A stretch of 20,000 nt of DNA from Thraustochytrium aureum (Eukaryota). The notes under the pieces were generated by a model. That model did not search any database. It worked only from the letters and a program-made list of their open reading frames with translations, and was not told where the DNA came from. Location: contig BLSG01000216.1 of assembly GCA_012862495.1 (NCBI GenBank), positions 274,483 through 294,482 of the forward strand, written 5' to 3'. Position 1 is the first letter of the stretch, and each line of letters opens with the position of its first letter. The position numbers and the translations under genes are program-made. Shown here piece by piece: positions 1 through 9,633 of the stretch.

Positions 1-28
1 AGAAACGCCACAGACAGAGAGCTCCGGT

Positions 29-1182
29 ATGCCGCAGACGACGTGGCAGATCGCAGCAAAGTACGTCGGCGCCGTGAACAAGCAGGGCAAGCCCCACGGG
101 AGGGGCACGCTTTTCTGGCGAAACGGAGCCAGATACGACGGGCAATTCAACAACGATTCGCTGACCGGGTTTGGGGTTTACCAGTGGCCACAAACAGCAG
201 GGCGCAAGCGGTACTGTGGGGAGTGGGCGAACGGAAAGGCCGAGGGATTTGGGACACTGACGTCGTCGTCCGGCGGGGGGGACGATGGGCTGCCCCGGTC
301 GTTCACGGAGTACTCCGGCCTGTGGCGGGACGGCCTCATGCACGGGGCTGGCAAACTGCAGATGGAGACTGGCGACCAATACGAAGGCAACTGGGCGTAC
401 AACTGCAAGCACGGGTACGGGGTGTATCGGTGGAAGAACGGGGACAGGTATGAAGGGACGTTTCAAAACAACCAGATGCACGGGCGCGGTGTGCTTAGCT
501 GGGCGAACGGGCGCTCGCTGGAGTTTACAATGAACGAGCACGTTCCAGAGGAGTGCTGGACGCTCAGCTCGTGGCTTTGGTCAGCCTTCCTCGGCTTCAG
601 CGCGCTGTATTTGGTGCAGGTCCTTGTCCGTCTTGAGTTTGAGGAGCAGGGCCTCAGCAACCCGCAGGCCGGGCTCGAGCCCCCACCAGTCTTTTCGGTC
701 AGGTATTTGCTCACCTTTTGCTTCGCGGGTCTATCGCTTCCCATGCTGATCGTGAGCAGCGTTTGCTCGATGATTNNNNNNNNNNNNNNNNNNNNNNNNN
801 NNNNNNNNNNNNNNNNNNNNNNNNNNNNNNNNNNNNNNNNNNNNNNNNNNNNNNNNNNNNNNNNNNNNNNNNNNNNNNNNNNNNNNNNNNNNNNNNNNNN
901 NNNNNNNNNNNNNNNNNNNNNNNNNNNNNNNNNNNNNNNNNNNNNNNNNNNNNNNNNNNNNNNNNNNNNNNNNNNNNNNNNNNNNTGTTGCTGCAGTCAT
1001 CGCTTCGCGAGATGTTTGCCAACATCATTTTCAATGTTGCGAGTTGGTATTGCCACGTCAACCAGATTCGCACCGTTGAAGATCGCACGTGTTGGCGTCA
1101 AGGCATGGTGCTCGGAGGCGGCGCTGTCGTGGTCTCTTCCTGCCTGCATCTCGTGGTTTATGTGGTCTTCATGAGGTTTTGA
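29..1182 (+). CDS. MORN-repeat protein with C-terminal multi-pass membrane region (spans N-gap; may extend 5' of the window)
   Basis: About six MORN repeats (YVGAVNKQGKPHGRG, YDGQFNNDSLTGFG, YCGEWANGKAEGFG, YSGLWRDGLMHGAG, YEGNWAYNCKHGYG, YEGTFQNNQMHGRG), then hydrophobic segments WLWSAFLGFSALYLVQVLV and YLLTFCFAGLSLPMLIVSSV. After gap 776-985 the frame LLQSSLREMFANIIF...GMVLGGGAVVVSSCLHLVVYVVFMRF ends at TGA 1180-1182. The frame is open from ATG 29 back to the window start. Confidence 0.8.
776..985. other. N-gap (210 nt) inside the MORN gene
   Basis: Run of N. Confidence 1.
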
Positions 1183-1326
1183 ACTCGTCCAAGTGGCAGG
1201 TGACGACGAGCGATTTGTTGCAAGTGTAGGTACTCGTTGGAAGTGCTTTTTTGAATCTATCTCCTTTGTTTTTTTTGGTGCAGTTGAACCTCACCGTCCT
1301 CGAGGCGCGCGGGCCACCAGCTTGTG

Positions 1327-1574
1327 TTGATAATCCGGAACAGCGCAAAGCACCGCGCGTGGGTCTGCAGATGGCAGAGCACAGAAGTTTGGCAGCACTG
1401 AGCACTCAGAACGGTGCTCGAGTTATAAGAAAAAGTCAGGGTTTCCATTTTTGAAATCAGGGCACGAATACTGTACTAGTAGCGCAAACCTTTCGTCCGC
1501 TAGCCCGCCAGCCTGCTTGATAATCCGTAGCAGCGCAAAGCACCGCGCGTGGGTCTGCAGATGGCAGAGCACAG
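1327..1574. repeat. Direct repeat, two 58-nt copies (1327-1384 and 1517-1574)
   Basis: ttgataatccg(g/t)a(a/g)cagcgcaaagcaccgcgcgtgggtctgcagatggcagagcacag occurs twice, 190 nt apart. There are 2 mismatches and the last 44 nt are identical. Confidence 0.95.
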
Positions 1575-1860
1575 GTTGGGTGGGCCAGCAGACCGACCGA
1601 CCACGCATCAAGCAAACGAGCAAACGCAGGCAGCAAGTTTCGCTCTCATGCCCGCTGGTCATGCACATAGAGCTAGCTCCTGGGGCTTCCGAGCCCGCGC
1701 CGCGCCGCGGAACCTGTCATGGGACCATGGAGTAACGAGTCGTGGCTCCAGGAACATCCAGCCTCCCGCAGATGGCGGCCCGCGTAAGCGGCCATTCCAG
1801 CACAGGCAGGCCTTGGGCAGAGCCACAGCACAGTTCTGGTCCTGCGAGCATTACCCGGAG

Positions 1861-3079
1861 CTAGTTCGAGGGGTCAGAGCTGCTGTCCGACCGACTTCCT
1901 TCATCATTCTCGTCCCCCTTGGACGAGGGAACGCCGAAGTTGGTCGCCGGCACAGAGCCAGGCTCGACGTCCTGCGTGCCACGCGGTGAATCTCGCCCCG
2001 TGGTGGCGCAGCTCGTTGCAGTTGCAATTGGTGACGAGGAGGAAGGCAGCGAAGGCGGGGCTGGCAGTGGCCCGGCGGGAGCTGCGGCGGTGTCCGAAGT
2101 TGAATCCGCTTTGTCCTCGCTGTCTTGCGTATCGCGTTTCAGATCATGGGTTGTGTCCTCAACGACTGCGCTCGCTTCCTCGTCGCTGGAGTTTGCCTCA
2201 GGCTCTGAGGTCGTGCTGACGACAGAAACACCGAGCTTGCCGGGTGGGGCCCCTTGCCCTGCGCAGCGAGCACGGCGGCAGTGACAGGTGTCTTCGGTAG
2301 GTCCTTGTGCTTTTTCACCTGGCGACGTCGCTTCCTAATCTCAAAGTGCTCGATGTCACCGGGCTCCTCGATGAGGGCCCAGATGATGCGGCGGCGCTCT
2401 TTATGGTCTGGGAAGTTTAACTCCGGGTACGATTCGCCAAAATACTCTATCGCTTTGATGTCAACGGCGAGCGCGGCGCGTAACTCGGTGGGAAAGGTAC
2501 CAAGGTGCTCGCTTTTGCCCGCCTTCCAGATGCGCGCCGTCCAAGACTTGTCCCTCCGGTGCCAGGAAACGCCGCGGTACTTTGACTTTTGAACTTTGGC
2601 CTCGGCTGAGCTCGTGCTTAGCGCACGCTTGCCCTGGGCCGCTCTGCCAGTCGCGCCCTCCTCGTGATCTTGCGGCTGGCCTTGGCCTGTTGCCCCTTGG
2701 CTACCTGCCGAGCGCGCTTGCGATGTGCTGAGCGCGGAGCTCGACCTAGGGATGCCCTGAAACTGGCCCATCGATACGAGGCTGGAGGCGCCCAACCCAG
2801 GTGATGGGAGCCCGACTGCCGCTAGCCCTGCTGCGCCTCCATAGCGGAGAGCGACGTCCCCGCGCTGTTGGTGCGCAAAGTGCATGCTTCCGAGGAAGCC
2901 GCCTGCCGCTTCCCCTGCGGCGGATTGACCGAGGATGATGTTGGCGCCTGCAACACCGCCCGCTCCGATCCCCGACGACCCTCTGCTGGACTGGCGCAGA
3001 CCGAGCTGTTGGGCACCGTCAGCACCAGAGCCCACGCCGAGCTGGGCTTGTTGCTGAAGCAGCTGCTGGCGATACAAGA

Positions 3080-3119
<40 letters not shown>

Positions 3120-3464
3120 CTGTTGCTGCAGGTGCAGCTGCAATAGCTGATGATGGCGAAGCATAGAGTCGCTGTCGTTGTGCACGTCGCTTGAGCCGAG
3201 CCCAGCGTGCGCCGCGGGGAACCCGAAGAGCTGCTGCTGCTGCTGCTGCTGCTGCGCCAATGCGTTTTGTTGGCGTTGCTGATTCAAGCCGCCGTTGAGT
3301 TGAAACAACCCGGCAGCGTGCGCCAGATTGCTACGTTCTTGTTGTTGCTGCAACATCATGTTCTGTTGCGTTTGATGCCCGAGTTCCTCTTGCTGAGACT
3401 GGGCTTGCTGTTGCGCGGCGGAGAACCGAGCGTCCTGGTCCAAGCCACGAAAGTATGGGTTCAT
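1861..3464 (-). CDS. AP2/ERF-domain transcription factor with polyQ N-terminus; probable -1 frame discontinuity near 2250
   Basis: ATG 3464 in gccgccATG context; Gln-rich N-terminus; AP2 domain SKYRGVSWHRRDKSWTARIWKAGKSEHLGTFPTELRAALAVDIKAIEYFGESYPELNFP (~2409-2585); basic NLS-like RKRRRQVKK. The frame as read stops at 2139. The -1 frame is open 2334->1864 and encodes an S/T/D/E-rich tail ending at TAG 1861-1863, so the 3' end is inferred. Confidence 0.85.
3081..3254 (-). repeat. CAG/CAA polyglutamine tracts (Q16 at 3081-3128, Q8 at 3231-3254)
   Basis: (ctg)n runs on the + strand, in frame as Gln in the AP2 gene. Confidence 0.95.
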
Positions 3465-3710
3465 GGCGGCCAAGAATCCTCGACTCGGCTTGCGCGGCCG
3501 CTGGCGCCCAGCGTTTCAGGGTTTGACCTCGCAGGGCCCGTCTGGGATCCGTTGCGCCAGCTGTGCGACGACCAGGCCTGACGCGGATCGGCCTTCCGCG
3601 CGCTTGCTTCGCGCGAGAGCGGTGTGGTTTGCTCGCGTTTGGTGGGAGTCTCGCTGCAGCCCGCGACCACGCTGCAGCGAGCTCGCCGGGGCGCGCGAAT
3701 CGACCTGACG

Positions 3711-3730
3711 GATCACAGATCACAGATCAC
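3711..3730. repeat. 7-mer tandem repeat (GATCACA)x~3
   Basis: gatcacagatcacagatcac. Confidence 0.9.
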
Positions 3731-4221
3731 GTCGGCCGGAGCGGCGCGTCCGATTCCGCCCGGGGACAAGCTCTGCGGCGTCTTGCTGGGCGGCCGGCGT
3801 CGGAAGGCTCGCGGCTCGGGACGCGGTCTCCAGCGCAGTCTGGGCAGCTCCTCGCGCGCGGCAGCGTCCTGCTCGTCGCGCTTTCGGCAGCGCAGTTGCC
3901 GCTGCTTGTGCGAGCCTCTGCCTCTGCGGCGGAGACCTCACTGCCATCGATCGCTGCAGGTTGCTCCACGTCCTTGCGCCCGCGCTCTTCTTCTCCGTCA
4001 GGGACGGCTAAATCGCTCAGAGTCGGCCTCCTCCTCATGGCCTCGTCCAAACTGCCATCCGCCGCCTCTCAAGCCCTCCAGACCCTCCAAGAGGCGCGGG
4101 CGTTACAGCGAGTACGAGCTCTTGCTAACTCCCCAGCGCCACAAGAGGTCCGAGGCCTTGCTTCAAGTTGCACGTTCGGCCTTCAAGACCGCTGCCGGCC
4201 GCCGCGAGAGACGGCCGGCCG

Positions 4222-4222
4222 G

Positions 4223-4258
<36 letters not shown>

Positions 4259-4287
4259 CCGCCAGTGCCAGCCAGCCAGCCTGCCTC
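4222..4287. repeat. (GCCT)n microsatellite followed by (GCCA)n-like units
   Basis: About ten GCCT units at 4222-4260, then gccagtgccagccagccagcctgcctc. Confidence 0.95.
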
Positions 4288-6405
4288 GGGCGGCTCCGGT
4301 GTTTGTTTGCCCTTGCTTGCTCGCTTGCGTGCCCGATGCGCGGCCAGGCCGTCCGTGATCAGCCGACCATCGATTCGTGGATGCAGCCGCCGTCCATCCG
4401 TCTATCCGTCCCGTCGACCTGTTTGGCGCCGTCGACAGGGGAGCAGGAAGCCTGTGACACGCACGGTACTGGCCGGCCTGCGTGGACACTGCCCTGCGCT
4501 GGTACTTCCTCCTTGCCGATGGAGCGCGGCCTTCTCTTATTTTGCCCGTCGCGGTGGTTCGCGCGCGAAATGCACAGTACGCTGTGAGCAAGTGCGAGTC
4601 TGGAGGGACAGGAGTGCCCAACGGCGCGAGTTGGGCTGGGGTGAAGGGCTCTTGCCTTGTGCACAGGCTGCAAGTGGGCAATCTTGACGCCCAACGCCTC
4701 AAGAGCAGCGCCAGAGGAGGGCGGTCACGGTGTCGCCAAAACTCGAGGCTGCGGTCTCGAGATGTTGCGCCCTGGCAAGTACAAGTACCTACTGAGGCAG
4801 GCTGCTGTGTGAGGAGGGTATCTCGGCGCCAACGGTTGGCATCGCGCATCAATCGCGTGAAAGCAGCTCGTTCAAGATTTCGGCCTGGAGAAGACCGGTT
4901 TTTTGCAGGCGCTGCCCAGGAAGAAGGGGAACTGGTACACTCGCGTGTCCGATCGGTGGCAGTTGCATTTCAACAACAACAAGTTGCAAAGAGGAAAAAA
5001 CCAATCGCAGACCGCTGCCAGCGCCGCCGGCACACGATAACGAAGCCGGAGCAGAGCGGCCGCGGTCGGTCAAGCAGAAATGGCGCTTGACCCTCCTTGA
5101 TTCTTCCACGCCCAAGAAATCAAAGCTTGGCGGCGGATGGTCTCTCCAGTTGACAGAATAAAACTTGCAGCCTCACCAACTTGAAGGAGCAAAAGAACGT
5201 TTGTGCTCCTCACGTGCAAGAGCGAGCAGGTTGGTTTTGTTCCGAGGCTGCTGTATAACGGCTGGTTCAACGGCGCGAACGGTCCGTGGGCCCTGAGCAA
5301 CACGACATTTGGTTTTGGCACTACGCTGCTCTACCAGGTACTGCACTATGCAAGTGCGAGAACTCGAGCTTCAAGCTGCCCTTGCCGCGCCGAAACACGG
5401 ACTGAGGGAGCCAAAACGCATCCACATGCAGCAGCCCCAAACAACCCCAAAGCAGTTCGGCAGGACGACGTACCACTGGCACTCGATGGGTCAGCCGGCT
5501 CTGCTCGGATCCGCCTGCCGAGCGGCCTGCTCTTGCAAGAGTTGGTCCGATTTGGCTTATGAGGGATTCCCGGCGCGAAGTGAAACAGCCCGCGCCTGCG
5601 TCTCAAATCCATTAGACACTCAAGCCAAGTCGGGCCCGCCTTCAAGTTGCTCGCGCGCTCCACTCCTTGGTTGCCCGAGCGCTTCGGTACCAGCACCGAC
5701 TGGCGACTCGAAGTTAGCGAACTTTGAAAGGCACCTCCACGTCACGGTGGTTGAGTACATGCATGCACCATCAGCAACGCGTGGCTGGCGACCAGCGGCG
5801 AGCGACGAACGACGGGGCTTTGTACCTCTACTAGATCCTCCTTGCTCCTCGCGATCGCTTCGGAAACTTTGAAGCGCAGTCGGCGAACGAAGTAAAGCCT
5901 CACCACCACTGTGGTGGCTGGTTAGTCGTCAGTGGCACACAGGGCGAGGCCGCCATCAGCAAGTTCTGGTAGGATCGACCCGTCAGGGCCTGCTGTGAGC
6001 CAGCCCTCCACGCGATGTCATCAGTGTCCCCTTCCACGCTGCACGAGGGGGCGCAACACCGACCGACTGTTGTGGTATTCTGCTTTCTACCCATAGTGAG
6101 TACTTAGATCGGAATCGGAGCACGGCGGTAGGTTACCGCGACGGAGGTTTGCAGGGCTCCGGTTTCCGCCGGTTATAGCCCATCGGCTTAGCCAGGTGAC
6201 TAGCATCGCCGCCCTCAGGGCCTCCAGCCAAACTCGCAGTGTGCGCGCGTTCCCTTCATGCGCCAGGTGCGCACGGGTTTCCCTGCATTGGCCCTGCGGG
6301 AGAAGCGGTGGTGGTCGAGGCGGCGGCCGGCGACAGGCCCGCCCGCTTGCGCGCTCGGCCGCAGTGAGCCGCCAGCCTCGCGAGCGACTTCGCGCGCGCA
6401 CCGCG

Positions 6406-8652
6406 ATGGCGCTACGCGGCGCGATGCTCTGGCGCGTAAGCCGCGCACGACTCGGGCAAGCCTTCGGGCCAGCCGCCTCGCCGTCGTGGGCGGGCAAGGC
6501 GCGGACCGCCGAGACCGCTTGGTTTGGCAAGGCTGCGGCTGCGGCTGCGGCGACGGCGGCCCGCGAGATGTCGACAGCGCCGCAGAGCGTCAAGGTCGCC
6601 AAGGTGCCCCATCAAGTGAAGGAGTCCGAGAGGCAGAAGCGGCGGCAGCGCGTCCAGAGGAGGTCGCTCGTGAAAAACAACTCTTTCAACCTTGGCAAAG
6701 TGCGCGTGGCCATTGCGGGCCGCCCCAACGTGGGCAAGTCTACGCTTTTCAACAGGCTTGTTCGGCGCCAGGACGCCATCGTGAGCGCCATCCCAGGGAC
6801 CACTCGCGACAGAAAGGAAGGCGACGGCTTCCTCGGAGATCTGCAGTTCAGGCTGATTGACACCGGCGGGTTCGAGATCCTCGAGCGCGGCTCCCTGTCT
6901 CCCACCGAACTACTGGCCCCAGAGCACGGAGAAGAGCTCGTGTACTCCATGCACCAACAAACTCGCGCCGCAATCAATGACGCCGACCTCGTGATGCTGG
7001 TGGTCGACGCGCGGAGCGGCATCACCGAGGACGATGTCTCGCTCGCCAAATGGATCCGCAAGAACCGGACCAAGACGCAATTTACCAAAGNNNNNNNNNN
7101 NNNNNNNNNNNNNNNNNNNNNNNNNNNNNNNNNNNNNNNNNNNNNNNNNNNNNNNNNNNNNNNNNNNNNNNNNNNNNNNNNNNNNNNNNNNNNNNNNNNN
7201 NNNNNNNNNNNNNNNNNNNNNNNNNNNNNNNNNNNNNNNNNNNNNNNNNNNNNNNNNNNNCGGTCTGGTCCTCGTCGCAAACAAAGCCGAGGGTCTTGGT
7301 GAGGCGTTTTCTGAAACTGCGCCCGACGTCTCGTGGCAGGCCTTCCTCAACGAGTGCTATCGCATTGGGTTCGGCGAGCCCATTCCCGTCTCCGCCTCGC
7401 ACAACCAAGGCATCGGCGACATTCACAACGCGATGCTCCCCTACGCAATGCTGCGCGGCGTCGAGCCCTGGCCCATGTACACGAAGGAGGCCATTGCGGC
7501 AGAGCGAGCTTCGTTCCAGGCGCTCCACTCCGTTGACGGCCAGTTCACCGCGAGCGACGACGCCGCAGAAGCGCTCGAGCCAGGGGGCGGAGGGAGGTCT
7601 CGCGCGCCACCCAGAGGGGCCACGGCATTACCCTATCGCTCGTGGGGCGCCCGAACGTCGGCAAATCCACCATGGTGAATGCGCTCCTCGGCGAAGAGCG
7701 CTGCATCGCCGGCCCGGTCCCGGGTCTTACGCGTGATGCGATCCAAATCGATTGGGAGTTTCAGGGTCGCCCTATCCGCCTCGTCGACACGGCGGGCATT
7801 CGGCGCCGCACCAAACTCTTTGGAGGGATCAGCAGCGCCATGGCGAGCGCAGAGCGAGCCAACAAAAGCAAGGTGTCCACGGCCCAAGCGCGCCGCGACG
7901 ACGCCGCGCTCGAAGACATTTCGATCCAGAATTCGCTCCGTGCCCTGGACCGCTCGCAGGTCGTGCTCGTAGTGGTCGACATTATGGCCCAGAACGACGA
8001 CCCAGACGCCTCTGGCCCGCTCACGCGCCACGACCTCTCGATTATCTCTCGGGTGTTGGACGAGGGCCGCGCCGTGGTCGTTGTGGCCAACAAGTGCGAC
8101 CTGGCTGATGACGACTGGCTCGACTTGCACTCGAACAGCCTCATCGAGTACACGAGGCACCACATTGAAGAGGTGATTCCAATGGCGCGCGGCATCCCCA
8201 TCGTACCCATCTCGGCAAAGACCAAGCAGGGCCTCGAGAATGTCATGCCGACAGTGGTCGACACGTTCGAGCGATGGTGCACCCGCCTGACAACTTCGCG
8301 CATCAATCGCTGGCTCCAGGACGCGCAAGTCAAGCACCCGCCCCCGTCGACGCGCGCGGTCACCTTTCGCGATTCTAGAGTGCGTTCGGGCCCGCTGCGC
8401 ATCACCTACGCGACGCAGCCGAGCGCGCGCCCGCCCACGTTCGTCTTCTTTGTCAATCGCTATTTGCCCAAGCAGTCGGTCATCCCTGACGACTACCAGC
8501 GCTACCTGGTGCACAGCCTTCGCGACGCGTTCAGCCTGCACGGCATTCCTGTGCGCATCTCTGTGCGCGGCCGCAAGCCGCGCAAAAAGCCTGACAATGC
8601 GCGTGTCCGCGGAAGCTTTCGGCCGGAGCGCACCAGAATGGACGACGCCTGA
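6406..8652 (+). CDS. der: Ribosome-biogenesis double GTPase Der/EngA with N-terminal organellar (probably mitochondrial) presequence; spans N-gap and a -1 frame discontinuity
   Basis: GD1: GRPNVGKS, TTRD, DTGG, ANKAE, SASH. GD2: GRPNVGKS, LTRD, DTAG, NKCD, SAK. KH-like C-domain: RITYATQ..RPPTFVFFVN..DYQRYLVHSLRDAFSLHGIPVRI. The N-terminus from ATG 6406 (MALRGAMLWRVSRARLG...) is R/A-rich and acid-poor. Three reading segments: 6406-7090, 7262-~7585, ~7585-8652. Confidence 0.93.
7091..7260. other. N-gap (170 nt) inside der
   Basis: Run of N. Confidence 1.
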
Positions 8653-9146
8653 CGAGAGTCTGCCATGTCGCCGTTCCGAGAAAGCCCTGTCCGTACGTCC
8701 GTACTCGCATCGAACTTGAAAGAGTAAACGACCAAGTGTACACACCTCTTCCGATAGCTCCACGCGTCGCTCCCGGGCTGTCTGCCAGCGTCACGGCCGC
8801 ACGAACCTCAGCGACCGGGCAGTGGCGCGACGTGTCCCGAGCCTTGCTCATTCACTCGCTCAACGCCGCAAGCAGCAGCGCGCGCGTCACAAATCACGCC
8901 CAGCTGCATCGCACGGCCGTCCTGCAATTGATATCCCTTCCATCCGCCTTGGGGACCCGAGAGCCTGTGCCGCCCGCCGTCAATTCCGCGACATCGACCC
9001 GAGGATTGATTGTAAAGAAACAGACAAATCACGCTGAGGAACAAGCGACCATTCGTGGCGAAGAGATAGGCGGCCGCTTTTCACTTCGTCTGCAGGCAGC
9101 CAGGCAGACGCCAAACGAAGGCAGCCAGGCGGAGCTCGCTCGGCGT

Positions 9147-9190
9147 CCTGCCTGCCTGCCTGTTGCCTGCCTGCCTTCTGCCTGCCTTGG
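9147..9190. repeat. Imperfect (GCCT)n microsatellite next to an N-gap
   Basis: cctgcctgcctgcctgttgcctgcctgccttctgcctgccttgg. Confidence 0.85.
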
Positions 9191-9206
9191 CCTGGCTCGC
9201 TCGTCC

Positions 9207-9422
9207 NNNNNNNNNNNNNNNNNNNNNNNNNNNNNNNNNNNNNNNNNNNNNNNNNNNNNNNNNNNNNNNNNNNNNNNNNNNNNNNNNNNNNNNNNNNNNN
9301 NNNNNNNNNNNNNNNNNNNNNNNNNNNNNNNNNNNNNNNNNNNNNNNNNNNNNNNNNNNNNNNNNNNNNNNNNNNNNNNNNNNNNNNNNNNNNNNNNNNN
9401 NNNNNNNNNNNNNNNNNNNNNN
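9207..9422. other. N-gap (216 nt), intergenic
   Basis: Run of N. Confidence 1.
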
Positions 9423-9633
9423 TGGCGCGGGCTCGGGTCGCGCCGGCCTGCCGCTCGCTTCGCTGCTGGCCTGCGCCGGGGGGCGTAGGTACTGGGCGGG
9501 GCGGAGGGCGCTCGGGCCTGCGGAGAGGGAGGGGCCGACCTAGCGGGCTTGCGGCGTTCAACCGACCCTCTCCTCGCAAGAGCCGAGACCAACAGGCTGC
9601 ACGCCGCTGGGCGGGAGCGTTGCGACTGGCGCC

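Noticed and set aside
1198..1283. Intron-like segment (gt...T-rich tract...tgcag) after the MORN stop
   Set aside because: It lies 3' of the stop and no convincing downstream exon was found. T-rich 3' UTR or terminator sequence explains it equally well.
1327..1574. CRISPR array or SECIS element
   Set aside because: There are only two copies, the repeat and 132-nt spacer are too long, no cas genes are present and the context is eukaryotic. The SECIS 3' GA core is missing and no neighbouring gene has a plausible Sec UGA.
1911..1925. A possible second frameshift near the end of the AP2 tail
   Set aside because: The C run is 5 nt, which keeps KGDENDEG in frame, so no shift is needed.
3563..5090. 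Long + strand ORFs (3563-4687, 3624-4358, 4482-5090) and the - strand ORF 4163-4852
   Set aside because: Non-ATG starts, R/A/P/S-rich, several run through the (GCCT)n microsatellite, and none has a recognisable motif. Typical of chance ORFs in GC-rich DNA.
5203..5872. ORFs 5203-5562 and 5309-5872 in the lower-GC intergenic stretch
   Set aside because: No recognisable domain or transposon motif; I cannot support them as genes without a database search.
6125..6139. Small inverted repeat gcggta-ggt-taccgc upstream of der
   Set aside because: A 6-bp stem is expected by chance, and there are no tRNA or other ncRNA hallmarks around it.
7633..8763. 376-aa antisense ORF over der, and similar antisense or shadow ORFs over the other genes
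   Set aside because: Explained by the codon bias of the real genes on the other strand or frame.
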